Below, piece after piece: positions 8,131 through 16,782 of a DNA stretch of 64,000 nt. Origin of the DNA: Candidatus Brocadiia bacterium (lineage in GTDB: Bacteria > Planctomycetota > Brocadiia > CAIUPP01). A program made the position numbers and the translations under genes. Position 1 is the first letter of the stretch. Every line of letters starts with the position of its first letter. The stretch is from the NCBI GenBank assembly GCA_050015075.1, contig JBEKCB010000018.1:1-64000 (forward strand), read 5' to 3'. Under the pieces are notes generated by a model. That model was given only the letters and a program-made list of their open reading frames with translations. It had not been told where the DNA came from and did not search any database.

Positions 8131-9930
8131 ATGGCGTCGCGACAGCTATGGCGGCGGACGCGCGTGGCCGGGCGCAAGGTCCTGAGCCGCAAGGAGCCGG
8201 CAACGCGGATCGCGCGCGGCGTGGCGGCGGGCTTCTTCGCGGCCGCCTGCCCGGTGCCGGGCGTTCACGTCGGCATGGGCCTCATCACGGCCTGGATCGT
8301 CCGGGGCAACAAGCTGGCCGCGATCTTCCCGCTGTTCCTGTGGAACCCGGCGACGATGCTGCCGCTGGCCTATGTGCAGTTCCGGATCGGCGTCTGGCTA
8401 TGGCCGGCGCACGCGAGCGGATCGCACCGGATCGCGGGGCTGATGACCGGGTGGGCCTGGAGCGCGCCCTGGGCGTCGGTGAAGGGACTGGCCGCGCTGA
8501 TGGGCGATGCCGGCCTGAGCTTCATGGGGCCGCTGGCGCTCGGGTATCTCGTCACCGGGCTGATCGCCGCGGCGATCTCGTATCCGCTGGCGGTGATCGC
8601 GGTCTGGACGTGGCGCGCGCGGCGGCGGAGCCTGCGGCTCATCCGCAGCCGCAAGAAGGAAGCGCCGCGGACGCTCGAGCTGCCCGGCAGCGATGCGCCG
8701 CCGCCGGCGCCGGCCGACGCACTGGCCCGTTACGCGCGCGCGCCGCAGGAGTTCGAGTGCGCCGAGCGCGTCCGGCTGCTCGTGGACGGCGGCGAGGCGT
8801 TCCCGGAGATGCTGGCGGCCATCGAGGGTGCGCGGCGGACGGTGGACCTTGAGACGTACATGATCCGCGCGGACCGCACCGGCACGCGCTTCCGCGACGC
8901 GCTCGCGGCCGCAGCCGGCCGCGGCGTGCACGTCCGGCTGCTCTACGACCACATCGGCTCACTCGGCCTGCCCGACCGCTTCGTGCAGCCGCTGATCCAT
9001 GCCGGAGTCGCCGTCGCGGTGTACCACCCGCTGGTGATCACGCGTCCGAGTTGGGCGGTGAGCCGGCGCAACCACCGGAAAAATCTCGTGGTGGACGGGC
9101 AGGTCTCGTTCACAGGCGGGCTGAACATCGCCGACGAGTACAATGCGCCGCCGGAATCCGGCGGATGGCGCGATACACACCTTCGGATGGAGGGCCGGGC
9201 GCCGGCCGAGCAGATCGAGGAGCTTTTCGAGTACGCTTGGCAGTCCGCGGCGCCGTACGGCGAGCCGGGGCCTGCCGCGCGGCAACTGGCCAGCGGCGTG
9301 CGCCGGCGGCTGGGCCTACCGCTCGGGCCGGGCGCGCGGCGGCGCGGCCCGGAAGTCTCCGACGCGCTTTGGGCGGGCGGCGGCGTTGCCGTGCGGATCA
9401 TCGGCAATTGGGAATTCCGCCACCGCCAGGACATCCGGCGCGCGTACCTGCACGCCTTCCATAACGCGCGACGCTACATCCTGATCGAGAACGCCTATTT
9501 CATTCCCGACCGCGGCGTTCGCCGCGCGCTGGCCCGTGCGGCGGGGCGCGGTGTGCTCGTCGCCGTCATTCTCTCGCGGAACAGCGACGTGACCACCGCC
9601 GCCTACGCCAGCCGGAGCCTCTACAGCGAATTGCTCGCCTCCGGCGTGCGGCTCTTCGAGTGGCCCTTCGGCATGATGCACGCCAAGACCGCGGCGATTG
9701 ATGATGCGTGGGCGACCGTGGGAAGCTATAATTTCGACCATCGCAGCCTGCTGCATCAGCTCGAATCGGTCGCGGTAGTGGCTGATGCGGCCTTCGCGCG
9801 GCGGCTGCGCGACCAGATGCTGGCCGACCTCGCCAAGTGCCGCGAGATCACCCTGATGGAGCACGAATCACGGCCGTGGCGCCAGATGCTCATGGAATCG
9901 GCCGCGTACCTGGTCCGGCGGTGGCTATAG
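8131..9930 (+). CDS. DUF2062-like membrane domain fused to cardiolipin synthase-like phospholipase D
   Basis: N-terminal 'IARGVAAGFF...P.PG...NP.T' membrane domain; two HKD motifs (HRKNLVVD, HAKTAAID). Confidence 0.8.
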   Translation: MASRQLWRRTRVAGRKVLSRKEPATRIARGVAAGFFAAACPVPGVHVGMGLITAWIVRGNKLAAIFPLFLWNPATMLPLAYVQFRIGVWLWPAHASGSHRIAGLMTGWAWSAPWASVKGLAALMGDAGLSFMGPLALGYLVTGLIAAAISYPLAVIAVWTWRARRRSLRLIRSRKKEAPRTLELPGSDAPPPAPADALARYARAPQEFECAERVRLLVDGGEAFPEMLAAIEGARRTVDLETYMIRADRTGTRFRDALAAAAGRGVHVRLLYDHIGSLGLPDRFVQPLIHAGVAVAVYHPLVITRPSWAVSRRNHRKNLVVDGQVSFTGGLNIADEYNAPPESGGWRDTHLRMEGRAPAEQIEELFEYAWQSAAPYGEPGPAARQLASGVRRRLGLPLGPGARRRGPEVSDALWAGGGVAVRIIGNWEFRHRQDIRRAYLHAFHNARRYILIENAYFIPDRGVRRALARAAGRGVLVAVILSRNSDVTTAAYASRSLYSELLASGVRLFEWPFGMMHAKTAAIDDAWATVGSYNFDHRSLLHQLESVAVVADAAFARRLRDQMLADLAKCREITLMEHESRPWRQMLMESAAYLVRRWL

Positions 9931-10000
9931 CGGCGGAGCGCGGAGCGGGCGACGCCGGCGGAGTCCGATCATCGGCCCACTTTTCGTTCAAGGAAATTCC

Positions 10001-13000
10001 ATGCGGCGTTCATTGACCGAGTGGATCGCCATCGCGGCATGTATCGCGTTCGGATCGGCGGTCGCGCGGCGCGCGGCGGCGATGGATCTCCCGCGCCTCG
10101 CGACAGAGGCCTCGCAGTATCGCGGCGGGCTGCCGTCGCCGGAAACCGCGGACCGGCAGATGGATCTCGCGCGGGAGTACGGATTCTTCCGCGACCTGGA
10201 CGAAAGCGCCGCGACGCCGCGGATCGCCTGGGGCAAGCCGCTCGCCGGCGGCCCGGTGCGCGCACTGATCCTGCATTCGTGGTTCGCCGGACGCGAGGTC
10301 GTCGAGCTCGCGCAGCGGCTCGACCTGAAGTGCACGCACGTGGCGCTCCTGCGCGAGCAGGACTGGCCGCCGCTCGACCGGCATGGCTCGAACCTGTTCG
10401 AGCCGCTGGAGAAGCGCCTGCTGGAAAGCCTCAAGGGCGACGAGCCGGTGATCGCCTTCAGCAGCAGCCCGTGCCCGTGGACCGACCTGCGCGCGCCGAC
10501 GCGGAAGGCGCTTCTGGAGGCCGTGCAATCCGGAAAAGGGCTCGTCTACGCCGGCGATCCGGCGCCGGTGGCGCAGGAGATGGGCCGCGATTTCACCGCC
10601 GATCCGCAAGCCGCTCAAGTGCTGCTCAACGGCATCCCGCCGAATCTGCGCGGCGCCGCGGTCCGCGCCGGGCAATTCGGCAAGGGGCGCGTGGTGTTCC
10701 TCGGCTTCCCGGCGGAGGCCGCAAAGAACAGCCTGCTCTTCAGCCCCACCGGCGGCGGACTGGCCACGCTGAACGACCCGCAGCGCGAGGCCGCGTGCTC
10801 GCTGCTGGCCCAGTCGCTCCTCTGGGCGAGCCGCCGCGCAACGGGCGTGTCGGTATCGCTGCCCGAGAACCTCACGCTCAAGAGCGAGCGGATGCCGGAG
10901 GGCCCCGTCCTGGCCGGGATCAGCGGCCCCGGCGTCCAGTGGATGGACTGGTACGTCCAGCCAGCCGGCGATGCGCCGCCCGTCTCCGAAGGCCGCGAGT
11001 ATTTCAAGGAGCCGGGCACGCAGGCCGAACTCAATCTGCCGCACCTGCCCGCGGGGCAGTACATCCTCCACGCGATTGCGCGCGACGCGGACCGCGCCTC
11101 TCTGGCCTGGACGAGCGCCGCGCTCACGATCACCTGCGACTCGGGGCTCAAAGTCGAATTCAACCAGCCGCAATACGGCCCCGGCGACTCCGCCTCGGTG
11201 ACTGTGGAGGTGACGAAGGCCGCCGGGCACGAGCCGAGCCTCCAGTGCTCGCTGACCGACGCGTCCGGGCGGCTCATGGCCACCGAGACGCGAGCGCTGG
11301 CGGCCGGATCGGGCGCAGAGACGATGCGCTTCACCTTCCCGATGAACCTGGCGGTGGCGAAGACCGCCCTCGCGCGCGCCACGCTGTTCGAGGGAGATAG
11401 AGCCCTCGTCCGCGCGGAGGCCGCCGCCCTCGTCGCCCGTTCCGAAACGCGGAACGGGGCGCAGAATTTTCTCTATTACATCGCCGGCGGAGACTGCTTC
11501 CGCGAGGCGGCGGAGCAGATCGGCATGCCAGCCATGATCGGTCCCGGCCCGCTGGCCGCTCGGCTGGACCTGGAGAGTTGGCGCCGCGATGCGATGCCCG
11601 AGCTCGAGATCACCCAGACCGTCCCGCTCGACCAGCTCGTCCGCAAGCCGTGCCTGGCCGAGGCGGGTTATCTCGAGCGCAGCCAGGACTGGATTCGCGG
11701 GCAGGCGCAAAGCATGGCGCTCACCGGCGAGCTCGGCCTGTTCGTCGCCGATGCGTGGAACTACGCCGGCCGCGGCGCGGTGGTCACGAACCTCTCCCAC
11801 AGCCCCGCGAGCGAGCAGGCGTTCCGCGACCAGGCGCGCGCCGAATTCAGCACGCTCGACCGGCTCAATTCCGAGTGGGGTACGCGCTACGCGAACTGGG
11901 ACAAGGTCGTCGCGCCACTCTGGGAACAGGCCTGCCAGAGTGGAAAATTCTCCGACTGGATTGACAAGCGCCGCTCCGACGAGAGCGTCGTCGCCGAGTT
12001 CTTCAAGAAGTGCGCCGCGGCCGGGAAGGAGGTTTATCCCGGCTTCCGCCTGGCGCTCTCCGGCACGCTCAATCCTTCCGACGTGGCCGGATATGACTGG
12101 TGGAAGTTGATGGGCGCCGTGGACGCGGTCTCGCTGGGCGATGGGCCGCAGGTGCAATTGGCCCGCTCGTTCGCGCGGCCCGGCCAGTTGCTCATGCGCG
12201 CGGTGGCCGACAGTGCGCCCGGCGCCGAGCCGGGCCGGTGCGCGCGGGAAATCTGGGACGCGCTCTTCTGCGGACTCAACGGCGTGATGGACTCCACCGC
12301 CGCCGCAAATTCCCCGCTCTTCTGGCCCGACCTCAGCCTGCGGCCGAACGGCATGGCCGTGGCGCGCGCCGTCCGCGCGCTCCGCGCCGGACCCGCCGAC
12401 CTGGTCGCCGGGGCGACGCGCGAGGACGACGGCGTCGCCATCCTCTACTCGCAACCGAGCCTGCACGCGGCCGCCGCCGAGGGGGCGCGCGGGCGGCCGG
12501 TGGGCGAGGAGACCTATGTGCAAAGCCTTGCAGGATGCGAGGCTCTCCTCGGCGACCTCGGCCTCCAGTTCCGCTATATCGCCGGCGACGAAGTGGCCGC
12601 CGACGCGCTGCGGAAACGCGGCTGCCGCCTGCTCGTGGTCCCGTTCTCGCAGGCGATCTCGCCGGAAGAGATCGGGAAGATCCGCAGTTTCCTCATGGCC
12701 GGCGGCGCGTTGCTCGCCGACCTCTGCCCGGGCGTGACCGACGCGCACGGAAAAGCGTACGACTTCAGCCAGATGGATGAACTCCTCGGCCTGAAGCGCC
12801 AGTACCATCGGCCGCTGTACCGTCCGGGCCGCCTGGTCGTCCAGCCGCAGTCGGAGTACCTGCTGCCCGCGATGGAATTCAATGCCGTGCTCGGCGAGCC
12901 GAGCCTGCGGCTCAACGGCGCCGTCGCGTGGGCGACGTTCGAGGGCGAGGGCGGCGCGCGGGCGCCCGCGGCGACTTTCCACCGCATCGGAGCGGGGCTG

Positions 13001-13690
13001 AGCATGCTGCTGAACTTCAGCCTGGCCGGCTACCGCGCCGCCGAGGGACCGGTTTCGTCCGACACGCAGGTCGGGCGCGCCGAGGCGACGCAGAAACTCG
13101 TGCGGACGTTCCTCGCCGCCGGCCGGATTCAGCCGGCGATCAGCCTTCGCGCCGAGCCGCCCGCCGGTTCCGCGTTCTGCGCCCGTTTCCGCAGCGGTGA
13201 AGCGGTGTACCTGGGCCTCTCGGCGCCGCCGGGCGGCAGCCGCAACGTCTTTATCTCGCTGAATGGACTCGTGCCGGCGAAACGCTTCGTCTACGACGTC
13301 CTCGCGCACAAGTACCTCGGCCGCACCCAGAGTTTCGACTACACCATGAAGGAATCGTACGGCGAACTGCTCGCGCTCATGCCTCGGGAAATCGGCAAGG
13401 TGCGGCTGAGCGCGCCGCAGCGGGCCGACCGCGGCCGCCCCGCGCCGGTCTCCGTCACGCTCAGCGACTGGAAGGCGGACCTGGGGCGCACGGTCTTCCG
13501 CATCGGGGTGTACGGTCCGGACGGGAGCCTGAGCGCGGCGTACACGCGGACTATCGCCTGCGACGGCGGCCGCGCCGAGACGGTCATCCCGTTGGCCCTC
13601 AACGACGCCCCCGGAGAATGGCTCATCCGCGCGACCGAGGTCGTCAGCGGACACAGCGACGAGGCGCGCGTGACGGTGGGCGGCGGCTGA
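10001..13690 (+). CDS. Large exported GH42/beta-galactosidase-like protein with trimerisation-like domain
   Basis: Signal peptide; 'FR....F.TLDRLNSEWGTRY' GH42-like motif; 'VAILYSQPS' and 'FL..GG.LLAD..PG..D.H'. Confidence 0.65.
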   Translation: MRRSLTEWIAIAACIAFGSAVARRAAAMDLPRLATEASQYRGGLPSPETADRQMDLAREYGFFRDLDESAATPRIAWGKPLAGGPVRALILHSWFAGREVVELAQRLDLKCTHVALLREQDWPPLDRHGSNLFEPLEKRLLESLKGDEPVIAFSSSPCPWTDLRAPTRKALLEAVQSGKGLVYAGDPAPVAQEMGRDFTADPQAAQVLLNGIPPNLRGAAVRAGQFGKGRVVFLGFPAEAAKNSLLFSPTGGGLATLNDPQREAACSLLAQSLLWASRRATGVSVSLPENLTLKSERMPEGPVLAGISGPGVQWMDWYVQPAGDAPPVSEGREYFKEPGTQAELNLPHLPAGQYILHAIARDADRASLAWTSAALTITCDSGLKVEFNQPQYGPGDSASVTVEVTKAAGHEPSLQCSLTDASGRLMATETRALAAGSGAETMRFTFPMNLAVAKTALARATLFEGDRALVRAEAAALVARSETRNGAQNFLYYIAGGDCFREAAEQIGMPAMIGPGPLAARLDLESWRRDAMPELEITQTVPLDQLVRKPCLAEAGYLERSQDWIRGQAQSMALTGELGLFVADAWNYAGRGAVVTNLSHSPASEQAFRDQARAEFSTLDRLNSEWGTRYANWDKVVAPLWEQACQSGKFSDWIDKRRSDESVVAEFFKKCAAAGKEVYPGFRLALSGTLNPSDVAGYDWWKLMGAVDAVSLGDGPQVQLARSFARPGQLLMRAVADSAPGAEPGRCAREIWDALFCGLNGVMDSTAAANSPLFWPDLSLRPNGMAVARAVRALRAGPADLVAGATREDDGVAILYSQPSLHAAAAEGARGRPVGEETYVQSLAGCEALLGDLGLQFRYIAGDEVAADALRKRGCRLLVVPFSQAISPEEIGKIRSFLMAGGALLADLCPGVTDAHGKAYDFSQMDELLGLKRQYHRPLYRPGRLVVQPQSEYLLPAMEFNAVLGEPSLRLNGAVAWATFEGEGGARAPAATFHRIGAGLSMLLNFSLAGYRAAEGPVSSDTQVGRAEATQKLVRTFLAAGRIQPAISLRAEPPAGSAFCARFRSGEAVYLGLSAPPGGSRNVFISLNGLVPAKRFVYDVLAHKYLGRTQSFDYTMKESYGELLALMPREIGKVRLSAPQRADRGRPAPVSVTLSDWKADLGRTVFRIGVYGPDGSLSAAYTRTIACDGGRAETVIPLALNDAPGEWLIRATEVVSGHSDEARVTVGGG

Positions 13691-13786
13691 GGCTCACCGC
13701 AGCCGGTGCGCGCGAGGCCGAAAAACGGCTCCTCGACGCGAAAACGGCCTGTAGGAGCGGCTGAATCGAATTTCATTGGTTTTGGC

Positions 13787-13815
13787 TTGACTGGCAAGCG
13801 GGGAGTGCCTATACT
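13787..13815 (+). promoter_or_regulatory. sigma70-like promoter with ~175-nt leader
   Basis: TTGACT-17 nt-TATACT. Confidence 0.65.
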
Positions 13816-13995
13816 TTTGGGAAAGCGGGTCGCGGGGGAGTGTGGCGCAGCCAGTCGAAGACAGACACCAACGTAATTTCAGTTTCGAAAAAGAAAGGAG
13901 GGCGGCGCGTAGACAACTAGTCCGTAACGCCTTTCTAACCCCGCCCTAATGGAGGACGGGGCACATCTTGGGTTTTATTGCGGGGGGAAACATTC

Positions 13996-14604
13996 ATGAA
14001 GCGCATTGTAGCGGGCGTACTGGCGCTGGCTTTGGTGGGCTACCTCGGTTGCAGCGCGAGCGCGGCTGAGATCGTAGCACAGGGCAGCGAGAAGATTGCC
14101 GTCATGGGCGGCGCGAACTACGGCGACGTGGCCGGCGATATCGACGCGTATGCCGCGATGTTCATGGTCGCGGGCGAATACGGCTACATGGTGTGCGACC
14201 AGTTCGAAATGGCGGCGCGGGCGATTGTCGCGCTGGCCCAGATAGGCAGCAACGGCGCAGACGTCCGGATGCAGGCGTATTCGATCGTGTTCGTCCCGAA
14301 ATGGCGCATCCCGATGGAAGGCAACATCTCGCCGTACATCGGCCCTAAGGCCGGCGCGGCGTACGTGACCGCCAGCGGAGCGGGCGCCGTGGCAATCGGC
14401 GGCAAACACGCGGGCAATACCTTCCATGACGCCGTGTTCATCTGGGGCGCAGTCCTGGGCGCGGATATCTTCCTCAGCAAGCAGACCTCGCTCTTCGTCG
14501 AGTACGATTACACCCAGTTCAAGCTGAACGGGAGCGACTTGGGCGGCGGGAGCATCAGGGTCCGCGACAACGGCATCTCCGCAGGCTTGGCATATTGGTG
14601 GTAA
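13996..14604 (+). CDS. Small outer-membrane beta-barrel protein
   Basis: Signal peptide, 'SPYIG', alternating strand pattern, aromatic C-terminus GLAYWW. Confidence 0.8.
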   Translation: MKRIVAGVLALALVGYLGCSASAAEIVAQGSEKIAVMGGANYGDVAGDIDAYAAMFMVAGEYGYMVCDQFEMAARAIVALAQIGSNGADVRMQAYSIVFVPKWRIPMEGNISPYIGPKAGAAYVTASGAGAVAIGGKHAGNTFHDAVFIWGAVLGADIFLSKQTSLFVEYDYTQFKLNGSDLGGGSIRVRDNGISAGLAYWW

Positions 14605-14704
14605 GCGACAGTCGTCCGGAAGGATGGAAGAGAGAGCGTGGCGCAGGCGCGTCACGCTCTCTCTTGTCTTAACCCGCCCCCGCAATCCGCTATGGGTACG
14701 CATC

Positions 14705-16675
14705 GTGCGATTTCAACCTGTCGCTTGGCGATTCGCTCCGGCCACTCTGGCGTTGCTGCTTTCGGCCATCCCGGCCTTCGGCGCCGAAAGCGCCTCGCCC
14801 GCTGAAAAGGCCCCTGAATCCGCCGCAAATACAGCGGACCAGACGCCCGCAAGCACGACGAATGAGCCCCCGGCAAGCGTGGCGGAACCGCCCGCCGCAG
14901 CGCCTTCCCGGCAACTTCCCAACATCGTCTCGCTCCGCTTCGTCGGCAACGAGCATTTCTCCACCGGCTCCCTGAAGCGCGACCTGGATACCAGGGCCAA
15001 CAAACCGGTGGACGTGAAGGTGCTCTCGGCCGACGTGGACAAGATCGTCACGAAATACGAGGACGACGGGTTCCTCGAGGCGAAGGTGAACGTCACCAGC
15101 GAGCACCTCGCGGGCACCACCGATCAGGAACTCCTCTTCACCATCGCCGAGGGCCCACGCTACAAGCTGAGCACCGTGGAGATCGTCGGCAACAAGCTCT
15201 TCTCCACGCTGGAACTGCGCCCGCTGGTGAAGCCGGAGAAGGACGGCTATTTTTCGAAGAGGGCTTTCCTGGACGGCGCGAAGCGCATCTGGGAGCATTA
15301 CGGCGAGGTCGGCCGCCTGACGACGCTGGTGCTGCCGAAGATGGCGCCGCCGCCGGGGCCGAACCTGGCGTCGGTGCAGTACCTCATCACGGAAGGCCCG
15401 CCCGTCACGCTCCAATCGGTCAAGCTGGAATGGGTGAATGAGCGCATCACGGAGGAATGGCTGGTCCGGTGCGAGCTGGATCGGAAACTGCACGAGGGAA
15501 TGGCGCTGACGATCGAGCCGATTGACTTCGTGATCGCCCGGCTCCGAAAATACCGGTGGTTCAAGTCGGTGCAGTATCGGGTGGAGCCGGGCGCCACTGC
15601 CGACCAGGCGATCGTCGTGGTCAGCCTGGAGGAAGGCTCGACCTCGCGCGTCAGCGCTGGAGGGTCGGCCGCCAGCTATTCGGGGCTCGGCGCGACGCTG
15701 ATGTTCCAGGAATCGGACTTCGACTTCACCCGCCCGCCGAAATCCTGGCAGGACTTCTGGGACTGGAACATGTTCCGCGGGCGCGGCGAGCGCCTGACCC
15801 TGACGGCCGCGCCGGGCCAGCGTTTCACGACCATCGGCGGCGGCTTCGAGCAGCCGCACACGTTCGGGACCGACAACACGTTCCTGGCCAACGCCTCGTA
15901 CAGCCGCGAGGAACTGCCCGATTACAACGTGTGGCAGGTCCAGACGCGCATCGGCCTGGCGCGGGACCTTTCCGACCACTGGCGCGTGAGCTTCGGCCCG
16001 ACCGTGGAAGGGACCGAAATGTGGGACCTGTCCCAGCACAATATCCCCGACTACAACGCCGTCACCGGCTACACGCCCGGTTACGGCGCCTGGGGCCGGT
16101 TATCGTACGCCACCACGCCCGACACGGTCATCGTCAACCGCGGGGTGCGCGCCAGCCTGTTCGTCGAACCGATGTACGAGGACACGCCCTTCGTCCACTC
16201 GCTGCTCTCCGCCAGCCAGTTCATCCCGGTGCATGGCGAGGGATTCGACGCGCACGTGCTGGAATTGAGCGCCAATGCCGGCGTCATCGGCGGCAAAGCG
16301 CCGGTCTTCGACCGGTTCTATGCCGGCGGGCTCGGCTCCGTTCGCGGGTTCGACGAGTGGGGCATCTCGCCGCAGTTCGACGGCGTGCCGATCGGGGGCT
16401 ACTGGATGGTCACGGGGACCGCGGAGTACAGTTTCCCGATCGTCCACGTCGGCGAGGAGGTGTACTTCCGCGGCGCGCTGTTCACCGACTACGGCGACGT
16501 GGAGACGACTCCTGCGGAACTCGGCCGCATCCGCATCGGCTCCGGCGTCGGCCTGCGCGCCGTGTTGCCGAAGGCGGATGGATTGACCGCGGGAATCAAC
16601 CTCGGCTGGCCGCTGAGCACGTACCGCGGCGATTCCACCCTGGTGTTCACGTTTTTCATGACCATGGGGCTGTGA
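14705..16675 (+). CDS. Omp85/BamA-TamA family protein
   Basis: POTRA-like repeats (F.GN..FS, I.EGP) and RFYAGGLGSVRGF; start uncertain. Confidence 0.85.
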   Translation: MRFQPVAWRFAPATLALLLSAIPAFGAESASPAEKAPESAANTADQTPASTTNEPPASVAEPPAAAPSRQLPNIVSLRFVGNEHFSTGSLKRDLDTRANKPVDVKVLSADVDKIVTKYEDDGFLEAKVNVTSEHLAGTTDQELLFTIAEGPRYKLSTVEIVGNKLFSTLELRPLVKPEKDGYFSKRAFLDGAKRIWEHYGEVGRLTTLVLPKMAPPPGPNLASVQYLITEGPPVTLQSVKLEWVNERITEEWLVRCELDRKLHEGMALTIEPIDFVIARLRKYRWFKSVQYRVEPGATADQAIVVVSLEEGSTSRVSAGGSAASYSGLGATLMFQESDFDFTRPPKSWQDFWDWNMFRGRGERLTLTAAPGQRFTTIGGGFEQPHTFGTDNTFLANASYSREELPDYNVWQVQTRIGLARDLSDHWRVSFGPTVEGTEMWDLSQHNIPDYNAVTGYTPGYGAWGRLSYATTPDTVIVNRGVRASLFVEPMYEDTPFVHSLLSASQFIPVHGEGFDAHVLELSANAGVIGGKAPVFDRFYAGGLGSVRGFDEWGISPQFDGVPIGGYWMVTGTAEYSFPIVHVGEEVYFRGALFTDYGDVETTPAELGRIRIGSGVGLRAVLPKADGLTAGINLGWPLSTYRGDSTLVFTFFMTMGL

Positions 16676-16782
16676 CCTGTTGATCGGCACGGTTGCATTT
16701 TCCCGCCGGCTGCTTATCATGGTCGGCGCGGCGGGTTTCCATGAGACGGCGCCGCGGAGACCGTGAAGGGAAGGATGACGCC

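Noticed and set aside
10010-13654. Very long antisense ORFs (1214 aa here; also 1618-3258, 26400-28964, 37807-40056, 52309-54216 and others)
   Set aside because: They mirror well-supported genes on the opposite strand, are Arg/Ala/Gly-rich without motifs, and are expected in high-GC DNA.
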